Shown one piece after another: positions 45,759-56,010 of a stretch of DNA of 64,000 nt; the first letter of the stretch is position 1; every line of letters begins with the position of its first letter. The notes beneath the pieces were generated by a model. It searched no databases. It saw only the letters and a list, made by a program, of their open reading frames with translations, and was not told where the DNA came from. The position numbers were made by a program, and so were the translations under genes. Source of the stretch: an uncultured delta proteobacterium (GTDB lineage Bacteria > Desulfobacterota > RBG-13-43-22); the NCBI GenBank assembly GCA_963790475.1, contig CAWBOS010000010.1, positions 1,248,001 to 1,312,000 of the forward strand. The letters run 5' to 3'.

Positions 45759-48359
45759 TTACTTATTTTTCCTCCCCTTCCCTTTCATCCCTTTGGGTGC
45801 TTTACCCGGCCACAGGTAAACGATAGGCGAAGCCACAAAAACGGAGGAATAGGTACCAACGAGTACTCCCATGAGCATGGCCAGGGCAAAGTCATGGATG
45901 ACCACCCCTCCCAGAAAAAAGAGGGCAAGGACGACCAGAAAAACCGTCAGGGAGGTGATAATGGTCCGGGAAAGGACTTCGTTGATGCTCAGGTTGATGA
46001 CCTCGCCAAAATCCTTTTTACCGCTGCGGTTCATGGTCTCCCGGATACGGTCAAAGACCACCACCGTGTCCGTCAGAGAATAACCGGCCAAGGTCAGCAG
46101 GGCGGTAACAATCAGCAAGGTAATTTCTTTATCCAATAAATAAAAAATCCCCAGGACGGCCAGGACATCGTGGAAGGTGGCTATGGCCGCGGCCACACCG
46201 AATCGCAATTCAAAACGCCAGGCCAGGTAGATAATGATACCGACCAAAAAAATGGCAATGGCAATCAAAGCGGCCTGCTTCAAGGCCCCGCTGACCGAGG
46301 ACCCGATTTCGTCCTTGCTTTCCAAAACGAATTTATACTCCGGAAAATCCTCCTGCAGGGCCTTTCCGATGGCATCGGTTGCTTTGCTGACCGACAGTTC
46401 TGTTTTTTTAATCCGAACGATCAGGATGTTTTCGTTGGCCACCTGCTGCAACTCAAGGTCCTTAAAACCCCTTTGGGTCAGGGCCGCTCGAACTCTGTCC
46501 AACCGGAATGGCTGAGCGGCCTTGAACTGGGACATGGTTCCGCCGGAGAATTCGACACCCAGGTTGGCCTCTCCCCGGTTTATCTGGACAAAGGCGATCA
46601 AGCCCAGCAGGCACAAGATTCCCGAAAAGATAAAAGCATATTTTTTCAAGCCGATAAAATCGATTTTGGTTTTCTTCAAAAACTGGACAAAATGCAAAGC
46701 CTTGAGCCGCCGTTTGAGGCTTAGGTAATCATAGACCACCCGGGTGCAAAAAAGGGCGGTAAAAAGATTGAAGATAACACCGATACTCAAGGTAACGGCA
46801 AAGCCCTTGATGGGCCCGGATCCAAACAGAAAAAAAGCAAAGGCCGCGATCAGGGTGGTGACATGGGAGTCGATAATGGTCCAGAAGGCCTTGTCGTATC
46901 CGCCGTCCACGCCGGATTTGACCGGTTTCCCTTGATGAAATTCCTCCCGCATCCGTTCAAAGATCAAAACATTGGAATCCACCGCCATACCAACGGACAG
47001 GAGGATGCCGGCGATGCCGGGCAGGGTTAAGGTGGCCCGAAAAATACTCAGGGCGGCCAACATAAAAATTAGATTCAAGATCAAGGCAAAATCAGCTATC
47101 AAACCGGAGAAGCGATAATAGTACAGCATGAACAGGATTACCAGGCCCGTGCCTATCAGACCCGACCAAAATCCTTTTTGAATGGAATCCAGCCCCAGAG
47201 ACGGCCCCACGGTCGCATTCCGGACAACATGGACCGGAGCCGGTAAGGCACCCGCCCGCAGGACAATGGCCAGGTCGGTGGCTTCATCCATGGAAAAAGA
47301 TCCGGTAATCTGGGCCTTGCCCCCTGAAATCCGTTCTTGAATCACCGGTGCCGATTGAACGACTTGATCCAAAATAATAGCCAGCTGACGGTTGACATTA
47401 TCCCGGGTGATCTGATCGAAGACCCGGCTGCCGTGGGCGTTGAGCTCGATGCTGACATAGGGCTCATTATAAGTTCCGCCGATTTGGACTATTGCTGTTT
47501 TAATGGCATCTCCGGTCATCAAGGTCTTGGAAAAAAGCAAGATTGGAATGCGGCTGGCCCGTCCGGTTTCCCGGTTGACCTCTTTCCGGAAGTATACTTC
47601 CCTTTCGGGCGGTATTTGATCCTTCAAGGCCTCGTTCAGTTCCGTATGATTGTAATCCCTTTTTAATTTACCGCTGTTGATAGCTTGTTCGATAAGGCCG
47701 GCAAGATCGATCTTCGTTTCACTGTCCACCAGTTTAAATTCCAATTGGGCGGTCCGGCCGATAAGATCCATGGCCCGCTGGGGATCCTTGACACCTGGCA
47801 ATTGAACCACTATTTCATCTGAGCCCTGGCGGACGATGGTCGGTTCCGTTACCCCGAATTGATCAATCCGGTTTCGGATGATCTCCAGACTTTGTGACAG
47901 GGCATTTTCGGTTATCGACTTCATTTCTTTTTCTTTTAAAGCCAGTTGGACCTGAACCCCCTCCGGCCTGGGGGTTGATGAAACGACGATCAGGTTGGGA
48001 AATTCATCTTTAATCGTTTTCTGGACCTCGGATAAGTTATCAGCATTGGGCAAAAGAAAATTCAGCCGGTTATTTCCCGCGGCTTCTCCCCGGCTGGCCG
48101 GGATCTGTTTTTTCCTCAAACTCTCTCGTAAATCCTGTTGAGAAAGTTCCAGATAATTTTTAGTGGCTGTCTCCAGATCGACCTTGAGGATCAGGTGCAT
48201 CCCACCCTGGAGATCCAATCCCAGCCTCAATCCCTCGCTGGGTAAAACACTGCTCCACCAGGAAGGCAGATCTTTAGTCAGGGAAGGAACGATAAAGAGA
48301 GCGGACAAGGCCACCAAAAGGCCGATCAAAGTAAACTTCCACCTAATCTTCTTAAGCAT
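45759..48359 (-). CDS. secDF: Protein translocase subunit SecDF (fused)
   Basis: LGLDLQGG, RNRIDQFGV.EP, LRAGALP, GMAVDSNVLIFER, GVEFSGG, GYSL.DTVVVFDRIRE. Confidence 0.96.
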   Translation of the reverse strand: MLKKIRWKFTLIGLLVALSALFIVPSLTKDLPSWWSSVLPSEGLRLGLDLQGGMHLILKVDLETATKNYLELSQQDLRESLRKKQIPASRGEAAGNNRLNFLLPNADNLSEVQKTIKDEFPNLIVVSSTPRPEGVQVQLALKEKEMKSITENALSQSLEIIRNRIDQFGVTEPTIVRQGSDEIVVQLPGVKDPQRAMDLIGRTAQLEFKLVDSETKIDLAGLIEQAINSGKLKRDYNHTELNEALKDQIPPEREVYFRKEVNRETGRASRIPILLFSKTLMTGDAIKTAIVQIGGTYNEPYVSIELNAHGSRVFDQITRDNVNRQLAIILDQVVQSAPVIQERISGGKAQITGSFSMDEATDLAIVLRAGALPAPVHVVRNATVGPSLGLDSIQKGFWSGLIGTGLVILFMLYYYRFSGLIADFALILNLIFMLAALSIFRATLTLPGIAGILLSVGMAVDSNVLIFERMREEFHQGKPVKSGVDGGYDKAFWTIIDSHVTTLIAAFAFFLFGSGPIKGFAVTLSIGVIFNLFTALFCTRVVYDYLSLKRRLKALHFVQFLKKTKIDFIGLKKYAFIFSGILCLLGLIAFVQINRGEANLGVEFSGGTMSQFKAAQPFRLDRVRAALTQRGFKDLELQQVANENILIVRIKKTELSVSKATDAIGKALQEDFPEYKFVLESKDEIGSSVSGALKQAALIAIAIFLVGIIIYLAWRFELRFGVAAAIATFHDVLAVLGIFYLLDKEITLLIVTALLTLAGYSLTDTVVVFDRIRETMNRSGKKDFGEVINLSINEVLSRTIITSLTVFLVVLALFFLGGVVIHDFALAMLMGVLVGTYSSVFVASPIVYLWPGKAPKGMKGKGRKNK

Positions 48360-48473
48360 AATAAGTCCTTATGTAATCCGTTAGGAATATGGGTTTAGGA
48401 TAAATAATCCGACTTTTAAAGCCTTTTTGTTTGTCATTATTTGAGTTAAAAGTCAAGCTTATAATTTATTAAT

Positions 48474-48641
48474 CGGCTTCGCAAAAAGTCCATCTGACCC
48501 GCGCTACGCGGGATTGCACTGCACCCTGCCCCCCTTTTCAGCGGGCAGGCTTATTGCGGCGTACTTCGAGGTACGCCTCATTTCTCTTGGTTTGCGCGCT
48601 TAGTCCCGCCGATAGGCGGGAGAGCTTTTTCCTGTGCCGTC
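48474..48641. mobile_element. Degenerate MITE-like palindromic element with nested hairpins
   Basis: CGGCTTCGCAAAAAG ... CTTTTTCCTGTGCCGTC ends; internal GGCGTAC..GTACGCC and CCCGCC..GGCGGG stems. Confidence 0.55.
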
Positions 48642-48822
48642 CGGTTAGATGACTTTTAGGGGTTCATTATTTTCGGATGAGGGTGAAAAGGCAAAGGAGC
48701 AATACCTGATTTCCAAGGCTTAGGACCTCCACGGTCCCTTCCTGGGTCTGGATCATTGGTTGGTTATGGAGAAAAAGGATTGGCTAATGGGGTCTTATGT
48801 TCCGCAATCCGAAATCGATAAT

Positions 48823-50295
48823 CTAAAATCCCCCTAGTCTATCCCTGGCCATTTGATAGAGCTTGATATATTCCTTGGCTGAGGTCTCCCAGGAAAAATC
48901 CACGGTCATAGCATTTTTCATCAGTTGAACCCATCGGTCGTGATCCTGATAAACTTCCAGGGCCTCTTCCAGGGCCCACCACAAGGCCTCGGCCTGATAA
49001 AAATTGAATTTAAATCCAGTCCCTTTATTGGTTTTGGTATCAAAAGGAACAACGGTGTCATCCAGACCGCCTGTGGCCCGGACCACCGGGATGGACCCAT
49101 ACTTGAGACTGTAGATCTGATTCAAACCGCAGGGTTCGTATAGGGAGGGCATTAAGAACATATCACTCCCGGCCTCGATTTTATGGGCCAGGGCATTGTC
49201 AAAGGTCAATCGGACCCCCAGCCTTTTCGGATATTTTTCAGCTAATTCGGAAAACAGAAGATGATATTTTTCTTCTCCGGTACCCAGAACGACCAGGGAG
49301 ACTTCCCGTTCCAAAAGCCGATCCATGATCCCGACCAGAAGATCAAAACCCTTTTGATCGGCCAGGCGGGATATGACGCCCAGAACCGGGTGGTTCAGGC
49401 GATCTTCCGGGAGATTATACTGGTTCAGGAGATCTTTCTTGCAAGCCCTTTTTCCGGAGAGGTCCTGCCGGCTATAATGGGCAGCGAGAAAGGAATCGGT
49501 TTCCGGGTTCCAGAGTTGGTAGTCCACCCCGTTGAGGATTCCGAACAGATCATTCTTTCGACATTTCAGGATCCCTTCCAGGCCATAGCCGTATTCGGTG
49601 GTTTGAATTTCCTGGCTGTACTTCCGGCTGACCGTATTGATGATCTGGCTGTAAACAATCCCGGCCTTTAAAAGATTGGCGCTGCCCCAGAATTCCAGTC
49701 CCTCGCATGAAAAACTTTCTTGGGGTAATCCAGCTAACTCCAATATCGATCGGGGAAAGGATCCCTGGTAGGCTATGTTATGGATGGTAAAAAGGGAGGC
49801 GGTTTCCCGATAGAAGGGATCGGTTTCCCGCCCGTAATGCAAACAAGCCGGGATCAATCCGGTCTGCCAGTCATGACAGTGGATGATGTCCGGCCGAAAC
49901 TTCAAGGCCTGGGCCGTGTTCAATGTTCCTCTGGCTAAAAAAGAAAACCGGCTGTCATTGTCAAAGTAGTCGCCTTTGGCACTGCCATATAAATTACCCC
50001 GATCATAGAACTCATCCCTCTCGATGAAATAAACGGGAAGGCCTTCATCCAGTTCCCCCTCATAGATATCGGCGCTGATTTGCCGGTCCCCCAAAGGGAC
50101 GGGTAAACCCTCCAATACTTTCTTAATAGGAAATTTCCCCTGCCGAACCGATTGATAAAGCGGCATCACCAGACGTACCTCGCAACCCAGGGCCTTCAAG
50201 GCCTTGGGCAGAGAGCCGGCCACATCGGCCAGACCGCCGGTCTTGGCAAAAGGAACCACTTCCGGCGAAACGAATAAGATTTTCAAAGGATCCAT
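48823..50295 (-). CDS. glgA: Glycogen synthase
   Basis: PFAKTGGLADV, HCHDWQTG, TIHNIAYQG, MPSLYEPCGLNQ, ATGGLDDTV; start MDPLKILF. Confidence 0.97.
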   Translation of the reverse strand: MDPLKILFVSPEVVPFAKTGGLADVAGSLPKALKALGCEVRLVMPLYQSVRQGKFPIKKVLEGLPVPLGDRQISADIYEGELDEGLPVYFIERDEFYDRGNLYGSAKGDYFDNDSRFSFLARGTLNTAQALKFRPDIIHCHDWQTGLIPACLHYGRETDPFYRETASLFTIHNIAYQGSFPRSILELAGLPQESFSCEGLEFWGSANLLKAGIVYSQIINTVSRKYSQEIQTTEYGYGLEGILKCRKNDLFGILNGVDYQLWNPETDSFLAAHYSRQDLSGKRACKKDLLNQYNLPEDRLNHPVLGVISRLADQKGFDLLVGIMDRLLEREVSLVVLGTGEEKYHLLFSELAEKYPKRLGVRLTFDNALAHKIEAGSDMFLMPSLYEPCGLNQIYSLKYGSIPVVRATGGLDDTVVPFDTKTNKGTGFKFNFYQAEALWWALEEALEVYQDHDRWVQLMKNAMTVDFSWETSAKEYIKLYQMARDRLGGF

Positions 50296-50671
50296 ATCTT
50301 CCTCAAGTCTGCCGATATCTCCCCGCAAAAAACCTTCTTTCCTTGGAGGGATATTCGGGATGCGGGGTTAATATCAATTTTTTCAATAAATTTCTACCAT
50401 ATACCAATTAAAATGAAAACAGATTTTTTCTTTTAAACAAGGGTCCATTCGGCTCTTGCCTTTTGGAAATTGAAAAAAATATCTTTTCTGATGGAAAGAG
50501 TATAAGTTAATAAACCAAGAACAGGAGGAGGCCGCTCAGGCTATGAATATCGTGTCTCAAAAACAGCTCGACAGAAAATCAACCTGATTCACAAAAACTG
50601 ACCTGAGTTATGATTAATGGATGGGAATAATTACGCAGCAAGGATTACTCAACCAGGAGGTATGAGCTATA

Positions 50672-50938
50672 ATGAACAAAAAAATTTACATTGCCAATAT
50701 ATCCTTCCAAACCAGCGAACCGGAGATCAGAGCCCTTTTCTCCAAAGCGGGAGATGTCACCTCGGTCAAGATCGTCGGGGACAGACAGACCGGGCAACCA
50801 AAAGGTTTTGCCTTCGTCGAGATGTCCACTCAGTGGGAGGCCCGGAGGGCCATCTCCATGTTTAATCAAGCCGAATTCAAGGGAAATATTTTGTTGGTAA
50901 AAGAGGCCATAGTCAGGCGGGGCTTCAACGGAAGATAA
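50672..50938 (+). CDS. RRM RNA-binding protein
   Basis: KIYIANI (RNP2), KGFAFVEM (RNP1). Confidence 0.93.
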   Translation: MNKKIYIANISFQTSEPEIRALFSKAGDVTSVKIVGDRQTGQPKGFAFVEMSTQWEARRAISMFNQAEFKGNILLVKEAIVRRGFNGR

Positions 50939-51179
50939 GGAAACCCGATCTTTCCTGATCAGGATCAGCAGGAACAAATTACCAACGTATATTCCACCGG
51001 AGGAGAATTCTGCCCCTTGAAGTGTCACAGAAATGGATCCGCCTTATTCAGGATTGACATTCACTATGCTGGGTATTAATAATAATTTTTTATTAATGCC
51101 CTATTCAATTTAATCACGGACCGATACCCAGGCGTATTTTTTCCGAAACAAAATCAAAAAAAGAAAGAGGAGGATTGGA

Positions 51180-52391
51180 ATGGCCGTAAATATTTTCACT
51201 TCACCCCGCGAGATCTATTATGGATCCGGGGCACTAAGTAGTGTGGGCAATGTGCGAGGGCAACGGGTCTTGGTGGTTACCGACAGCGGGGTGAAGGCCC
51301 AAGGCCTGCTTGACAAGCTGGAGGCGATCATTAAAGGCCGGGGCGCGGACTTGGCGGTATTTGATCAAGTGGAGCCGGACCCCTCCCGGGCATTGATTGG
51401 GAGAATCCTTGGCCAGGCCCAGGATTTTCAACCCGACCTTTTGATAGGTTTGGGCGGAGGATCGTCGATTGATGCCGGAAAGGCGGCCTGGGTCCTCTAT
51501 GAAAATCCGGATTGGGCCCACCTTTCCGTGCCAGAGGTGTCGCAGAAGATGCCCCAATGTATCTTAAGACAAAAGGCCCGATACGTGGCTATCCCGACCA
51601 CCAGTGGAACCGGCTCAGAGGTCACTAGAACTGCGGTAGTTACCGATTCAACCAAAGTCCCTCCTTTTAAGGGGGCCTGGACTGCCCCTCAATTGGTCCC
51701 GGATGTGGCCATCCTGGATCCGGAATTAACCGTTACCATGCCGCCTTCGGTTACCGCTAACAGCGGGTTTGACGCCCTGTGCCATGCCCTTGAATGCTAT
51801 GTGTTGACCAATCCCTCCGATTTGGTGGATTCCCTGGCCCTCTGGTCAGCCCGGACCATCTGCGAATGTCTCCCGAAGGCCGTTTCGAATGGAAGGGACC
51901 TTCAAATCCGGGAACGTATGCACCTGGCAGCCTTGCAGGCCGGACAGGCCTTCACCAACGGGAGCCTGGGTCTGGTTCATATGCTGGCCCATATCCTGGG
52001 AGCGGAATACCATATTCCCCACGGCCGGGCCATTGCCTTTGTTATTTGCCCGGTCTTCGCCTATTTTTACAGCACCCGTCGGGAACGTCTGGTCGATTTG
52101 GCCAAGGCCCTGAGTCTTAGGGGTGCCGACGATGAAGCCATGGTTCAGGCCCTGCTTGATTTCTTGAATAAATTAAAACAGGAGGTCGGCATTCCCTTAT
52201 CCATTAAAGATTCAGCACTTCCGGAAGACTTGTTTGTTTCCGGACTTAAGACCCAGATCGAAGGGTTTCAAGCCCGACTATCGGTCCTACCCCCTGTGAT
52301 GCGTTCTATGCTGGGTGTTCCGGATTCAATGGAAGAGGTCCGGACTATTCTGGACCAGGCCTGGAAAGGAACAACGCCTGCCCTCAAGTAA
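51180..52391 (+). CDS. Iron-containing alcohol dehydrogenase
   Basis: GGGSSIDAGK, PTTSGTGSEVT, DALCHALE, GLVHMLAH, PHG. Confidence 0.93.
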   Translation: MAVNIFTSPREIYYGSGALSSVGNVRGQRVLVVTDSGVKAQGLLDKLEAIIKGRGADLAVFDQVEPDPSRALIGRILGQAQDFQPDLLIGLGGGSSIDAGKAAWVLYENPDWAHLSVPEVSQKMPQCILRQKARYVAIPTTSGTGSEVTRTAVVTDSTKVPPFKGAWTAPQLVPDVAILDPELTVTMPPSVTANSGFDALCHALECYVLTNPSDLVDSLALWSARTICECLPKAVSNGRDLQIRERMHLAALQAGQAFTNGSLGLVHMLAHILGAEYHIPHGRAIAFVICPVFAYFYSTRRERLVDLAKALSLRGADDEAMVQALLDFLNKLKQEVGIPLSIKDSALPEDLFVSGLKTQIEGFQARLSVLPPVMRSMLGVPDSMEEVRTILDQAWKGTTPALK

Positions 52392-52409
52392 AAGAAAGGA
52401 GGCATAACC

Positions 52410-53048
52410 ATGTTTGTGAAAAACAGGATGACCACCGAGGTCATTACCCTAAGCCCCGACCAAACCCTGTTAAAGGCCATGAACATTATCCAACAAAAAC
52501 GGATCCGTCATCTGCCTGTGGTCCAGGGGGGAAAAGTGGTGGGGATCGTCACTGAGCTCGATGTCCGCAGGGCCGGGGCTTCCGATTCCACATCTCTTTC
52601 GATCTTTGAACTGAATTATCTATTAGATCAAATCAAAGTATCCAGCTTTATGACCAAGAAGGTGATTACCGTTTCACCTGATGAACCGATCGAAACAGCA
52701 GCCAAGATAATCTACGATCATAAGATCGGCGCCCTGCCGGTTGTCGACCAAAACCAACTGGTGGGGCTAATCACCAGTTCTGATATCCTGGAAACCTTTA
52801 TCGAGGTTTTGGGTATTAACAAACCCAGCGTCCGGGTCGAACTGGAACTGGAAAACCGGATCGGCGCTCTGGCGGATACGACCAAAATTTTAAAAGAACT
52901 GGGGCTCTATCTGGTCAGCCTGGTCACCTTGCCCGAAGAGGAAGGCCAAAAGACCCGGGGTATGGTTTTTCGTGTCAGCCGCACGGATGAAAATAAATTG
53001 AAGGACTTTCTCCGCACCGTCGGTCCGCCGATTATTTCAGTAAAATAA
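52410..53048 (+). CDS. CBS + ACT domain protein (AcuB-like)
   Basis: IRHLPVV, IGALPVV CBS pair; C-terminal ACT-like region. Confidence 0.9.
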   Translation: MFVKNRMTTEVITLSPDQTLLKAMNIIQQKRIRHLPVVQGGKVVGIVTELDVRRAGASDSTSLSIFELNYLLDQIKVSSFMTKKVITVSPDEPIETAAKIIYDHKIGALPVVDQNQLVGLITSSDILETFIEVLGINKPSVRVELELENRIGALADTTKILKELGLYLVSLVTLPEEEGQKTRGMVFRVSRTDENKLKDFLRTVGPPIISVK

Positions 53049-53125
53049 TTCGACCACTTTGATAAAAGGATTCGCTTTAACGATTTCGTTCCCCAGGGCT
53101 ATGCAATACTGGCCTTATCCCAAGA

Positions 53126-54742
53126 ATGAACTTATGGGGGGTAATGATGTTAGAGACCAGCGTTGACCGATTGAAAGCCGATCAATTTGTCAGGAAGACC
53201 CACCGTCTTGAAAAAGAAATTGGCGACCTCAAAAAAACCCTGCAGGCTCTCCGTCGAAAAAACGAACACTTGACGGCCCTCCATGAAACCTCTCTCGGAC
53301 TGATCGATCGCCTGGATAAAGAAGAATTATTAGAGGTGATCCTGAATCGGGCGGCCAAACTGAGCGGAACGGAGAATGGATATATCTATTTGCTCGAATC
53401 CGGGGATTCGGAGATGCAAATGCGCGTCGGGATGGGTTTTTTCAAGGGTCAACTGGGACGGTGTGTGAAATTAGGGGAAGGCGTAGGGGGTAAGGTTTGG
53501 CAGACGAGGCAGCCCATACACGTTGATGATTACCGCTACTGGAAAGATCGGATCGATGATAAAGCCCTGGATGACCTCCGCTCCGTAGTGGGAATTCCGT
53601 TAAAAGACAGAAAACGGTTTCATGGGGTTATCGGTCTGGCCAGTGTCGATCCCGCCAAGAAATTCCAGAATGAAGATATCTCTTTTTTAGGCCTGTTCGC
53701 CGAATTGGCATTAGTGGCCCTGGATAAGGCCCGATTATATGCGGCGGTCCGCAAGGAGCTGGCTGAAAAAAAACTGACCGAAGATACACTGCGCGGGAGT
53801 GAAGAGAGGTATCGTTTATTGTTGAAATCCTCTCCTGATCCTATTGTGGTCTATACCATGAAGGGCCAGGCGGTTTATGTGAATCCTGCTTTTGAACAGA
53901 CTTTTGGCTTCTCCGGGGAGGAAGTATCAGGCAAACAGATCGATTTTGTGCCAGAGGAAAGCTGGCCCGGAACCAAAAAAGCCATTGAACACATGCTGCG
54001 GGGGGAAAAAATAGAACTTTTTGAGACCAAGCGTCTGACTAAAGAAGGCCGGGTGCTTGATGTTCAAATCAGTTCCACGATCTATAAAAACAACGATGGG
54101 CAGCCGGCCGGAAACATTGTCATTCTAAGGGATATCAGCGCCCGTAAGCGGGCCGAGATAGAATTAAAAAAATACCGGAATCATCTGGAGGATAGGGTTG
54201 AAGAACGGACGGCCGAGCTGGCTAAAACCAATACCCAGCTCAAACAGGAAGTGGAAGAACGCAAAAGGGCCGAAAAAACCTTAAGAAAAAGGGAAGTGGA
54301 ATTGAAGGCCCAATCCCATCATCTGGAAGAAGTCAATACCGCCTTAAAGGTGCTTTTAAAGCAGAGGGAAGAAGACAAAAAGGAAACCGGCGAAAACGTG
54401 TTGTCCAACGTCAGGGCGTTTATCTCCCCTTATGTGGAACAATTGAAAAAAAGCCGGTTGAATACTAACCAACAGACCCTGGTCGATATACTGGAATCCA
54501 ATCTGAACAACATCATCTCTCCTTTCATTAGTAAACTTTCTTCCAAATATTTCAACTTTACCTCGATGGAAATCAAAGTGGCCAATCTGGTTAAGGGCGG
54601 GAAAACAAATAAGGAAATTGCCGACCTGCTGTACCTTTCCAAGAATACTATTATGTTTCACAAACAAAACATTCGATCCAAACTACAGATAAAAAATAAA
54701 AAAATCAATTTGAGGTCTCATCTTTTATCGTATGATGAATAG
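53126..54742 (+). CDS. GAF-PAS-LuxR one-component transcriptional regulator
   Basis: GAF (GEGVGGKVW..., VGIPL), PAS (SPDPI..YVNPAFE..RDISARK), C-terminal FTSMEIKVA..GKTNKEIA..L.LS..T..FH..NIR.KL. Confidence 0.9.
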   Translation: MNLWGVMMLETSVDRLKADQFVRKTHRLEKEIGDLKKTLQALRRKNEHLTALHETSLGLIDRLDKEELLEVILNRAAKLSGTENGYIYLLESGDSEMQMRVGMGFFKGQLGRCVKLGEGVGGKVWQTRQPIHVDDYRYWKDRIDDKALDDLRSVVGIPLKDRKRFHGVIGLASVDPAKKFQNEDISFLGLFAELALVALDKARLYAAVRKELAEKKLTEDTLRGSEERYRLLLKSSPDPIVVYTMKGQAVYVNPAFEQTFGFSGEEVSGKQIDFVPEESWPGTKKAIEHMLRGEKIELFETKRLTKEGRVLDVQISSTIYKNNDGQPAGNIVILRDISARKRAEIELKKYRNHLEDRVEERTAELAKTNTQLKQEVEERKRAEKTLRKREVELKAQSHHLEEVNTALKVLLKQREEDKKETGENVLSNVRAFISPYVEQLKKSRLNTNQQTLVDILESNLNNIISPFISKLSSKYFNFTSMEIKVANLVKGGKTNKEIADLLYLSKNTIMFHKQNIRSKLQIKNKKINLRSHLLSYDE

Positions 54743-54771
54743 TTGTTTTTACCCCCTATTTACCAACTATT
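54738..54771. promoter_or_regulatory. Inverted repeat just upstream of a TTGACA box, possible regulator site
   Basis: AATAGTTG-N18-CAACTATT; TTGACA at 54780. Confidence 0.4.
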
Positions 54772-55197
54772 TTATAAACTTGACAGTTAGATAAAAGTTC
54801 GATAGGAATAATAAAAAAAATTTCCAAATAAAACTCCAATGGCTAAAATATGGATCTGGTTTTTAAAAAATGCCGGTAGCCTCAAAACGATTCCAACAAC
54901 CCTCCTCCGAATCAAACAAAAAATATTTTGATTTTATCTTTTTGATATTTTATTATTTAATGAGCCTCTTACCAAAATCCACAAGCCTGTCGCCATCGCC
55001 AAGGCGGGGGTCAAGAAGGCTTTCAAATACCAGGATCCCAATTCCCCCCTTCAGTTCGAGGACAAACATCGCCGGGATAAGGGAAACAAACTATTGCGAG
55101 AAGCTCTAATAATAATGAAGTATTTTCATAGCCTTTTCTCTTCATGAAGCTCTAATAGACTTTTAATTCCTTATTTTTCAGGAAGGAGAACGGCCGG

Positions 55198-56010
55198 ATG
55201 TCATCCCGTAATCTTGGGCCCCTACTGCTTAAAGTCACTGATATAAATATGTTTTTTGGAAAAGTGGCCGCCCTTTCCGGAGTCGGTTTTGACGTCCGGG
55301 AAGGGGAGATCCATTCCATTATCGGGCCCAACGGGGCCGGCAAAACCGTTCTGCTGAATTGCATCAACGGATTATACCATCCTCAAGAAGGAGAAATTTC
55401 CTATAAAGAGCAGGATATCACCCGGCTTAGACCGCATAACCGGGCCAAACTCGGTATTTCGCGAACCTTTCAGAAGATCGAATTATTTCGGGGGATGACG
55501 GTGCTCGATAACATCCGTTTGGGCCGTCATATCCATTTGAAATCCGGCATTCTCAGCGGATCCGTTTATTTTGGGAAAACAGCCCGTGAAGAAATAAAGA
55601 CCCGGGAGTTTATCGAAGAGGAAATCATCGATCTGCTCGAAATTGAATCCATCCGCAATAAAACGGTCGGCATGTTGCCTTACGGCCTGCAAAAAAGGGT
55701 CGAGTTGGGCCGGGCCCTGGCCTTGAATCCCAAACTTTTGCTTTTGGATGAACCCCTGGCCGGATTGAATCTGGAAGAAGTGGAAGACATGGCCCGTTTT
55801 ATCCTGGATATCAATCTGGAAAAACGCTGGAACGTGACTTGTATCCTGGTGGAACACGACATGGGGGTGGTTATGGACATCTCGGATCGAATCTCGGTAC
55901 TCAGCTTCGGCAATAAAATTACCACCGGCACCCCCAGTGAAGTTCAGAACCATCCTCAGGTGATTGATGCCTATCTGGGCGAGGAGGACTTATATGCCAC
56001 CAGGAGATAA
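55198..56010 (+). CDS. livG: ABC transporter ATP-binding protein (LivG-like)
   Basis: GPNGAGKT, LPYGLQKRVELGRAL, LLLDEP, VEHDM. Confidence 0.92.
   Translation: MSSRNLGPLLLKVTDINMFFGKVAALSGVGFDVREGEIHSIIGPNGAGKTVLLNCINGLYHPQEGEISYKEQDITRLRPHNRAKLGISRTFQKIELFRGMTVLDNIRLGRHIHLKSGILSGSVYFGKTAREEIKTREFIEEEIIDLLEIESIRNKTVGMLPYGLQKRVELGRALALNPKLLLLDEPLAGLNLEEVEDMARFILDINLEKRWNVTCILVEHDMGVVMDISDRISVLSFGNKITTGTPSEVQNHPQVIDAYLGEEDLYATRR

Noticed and set aside
54870-55109. 79 aa plus-strand ORF upstream of livG
   Set aside because: No RBS, low-complexity composition, lies in the probable leader region
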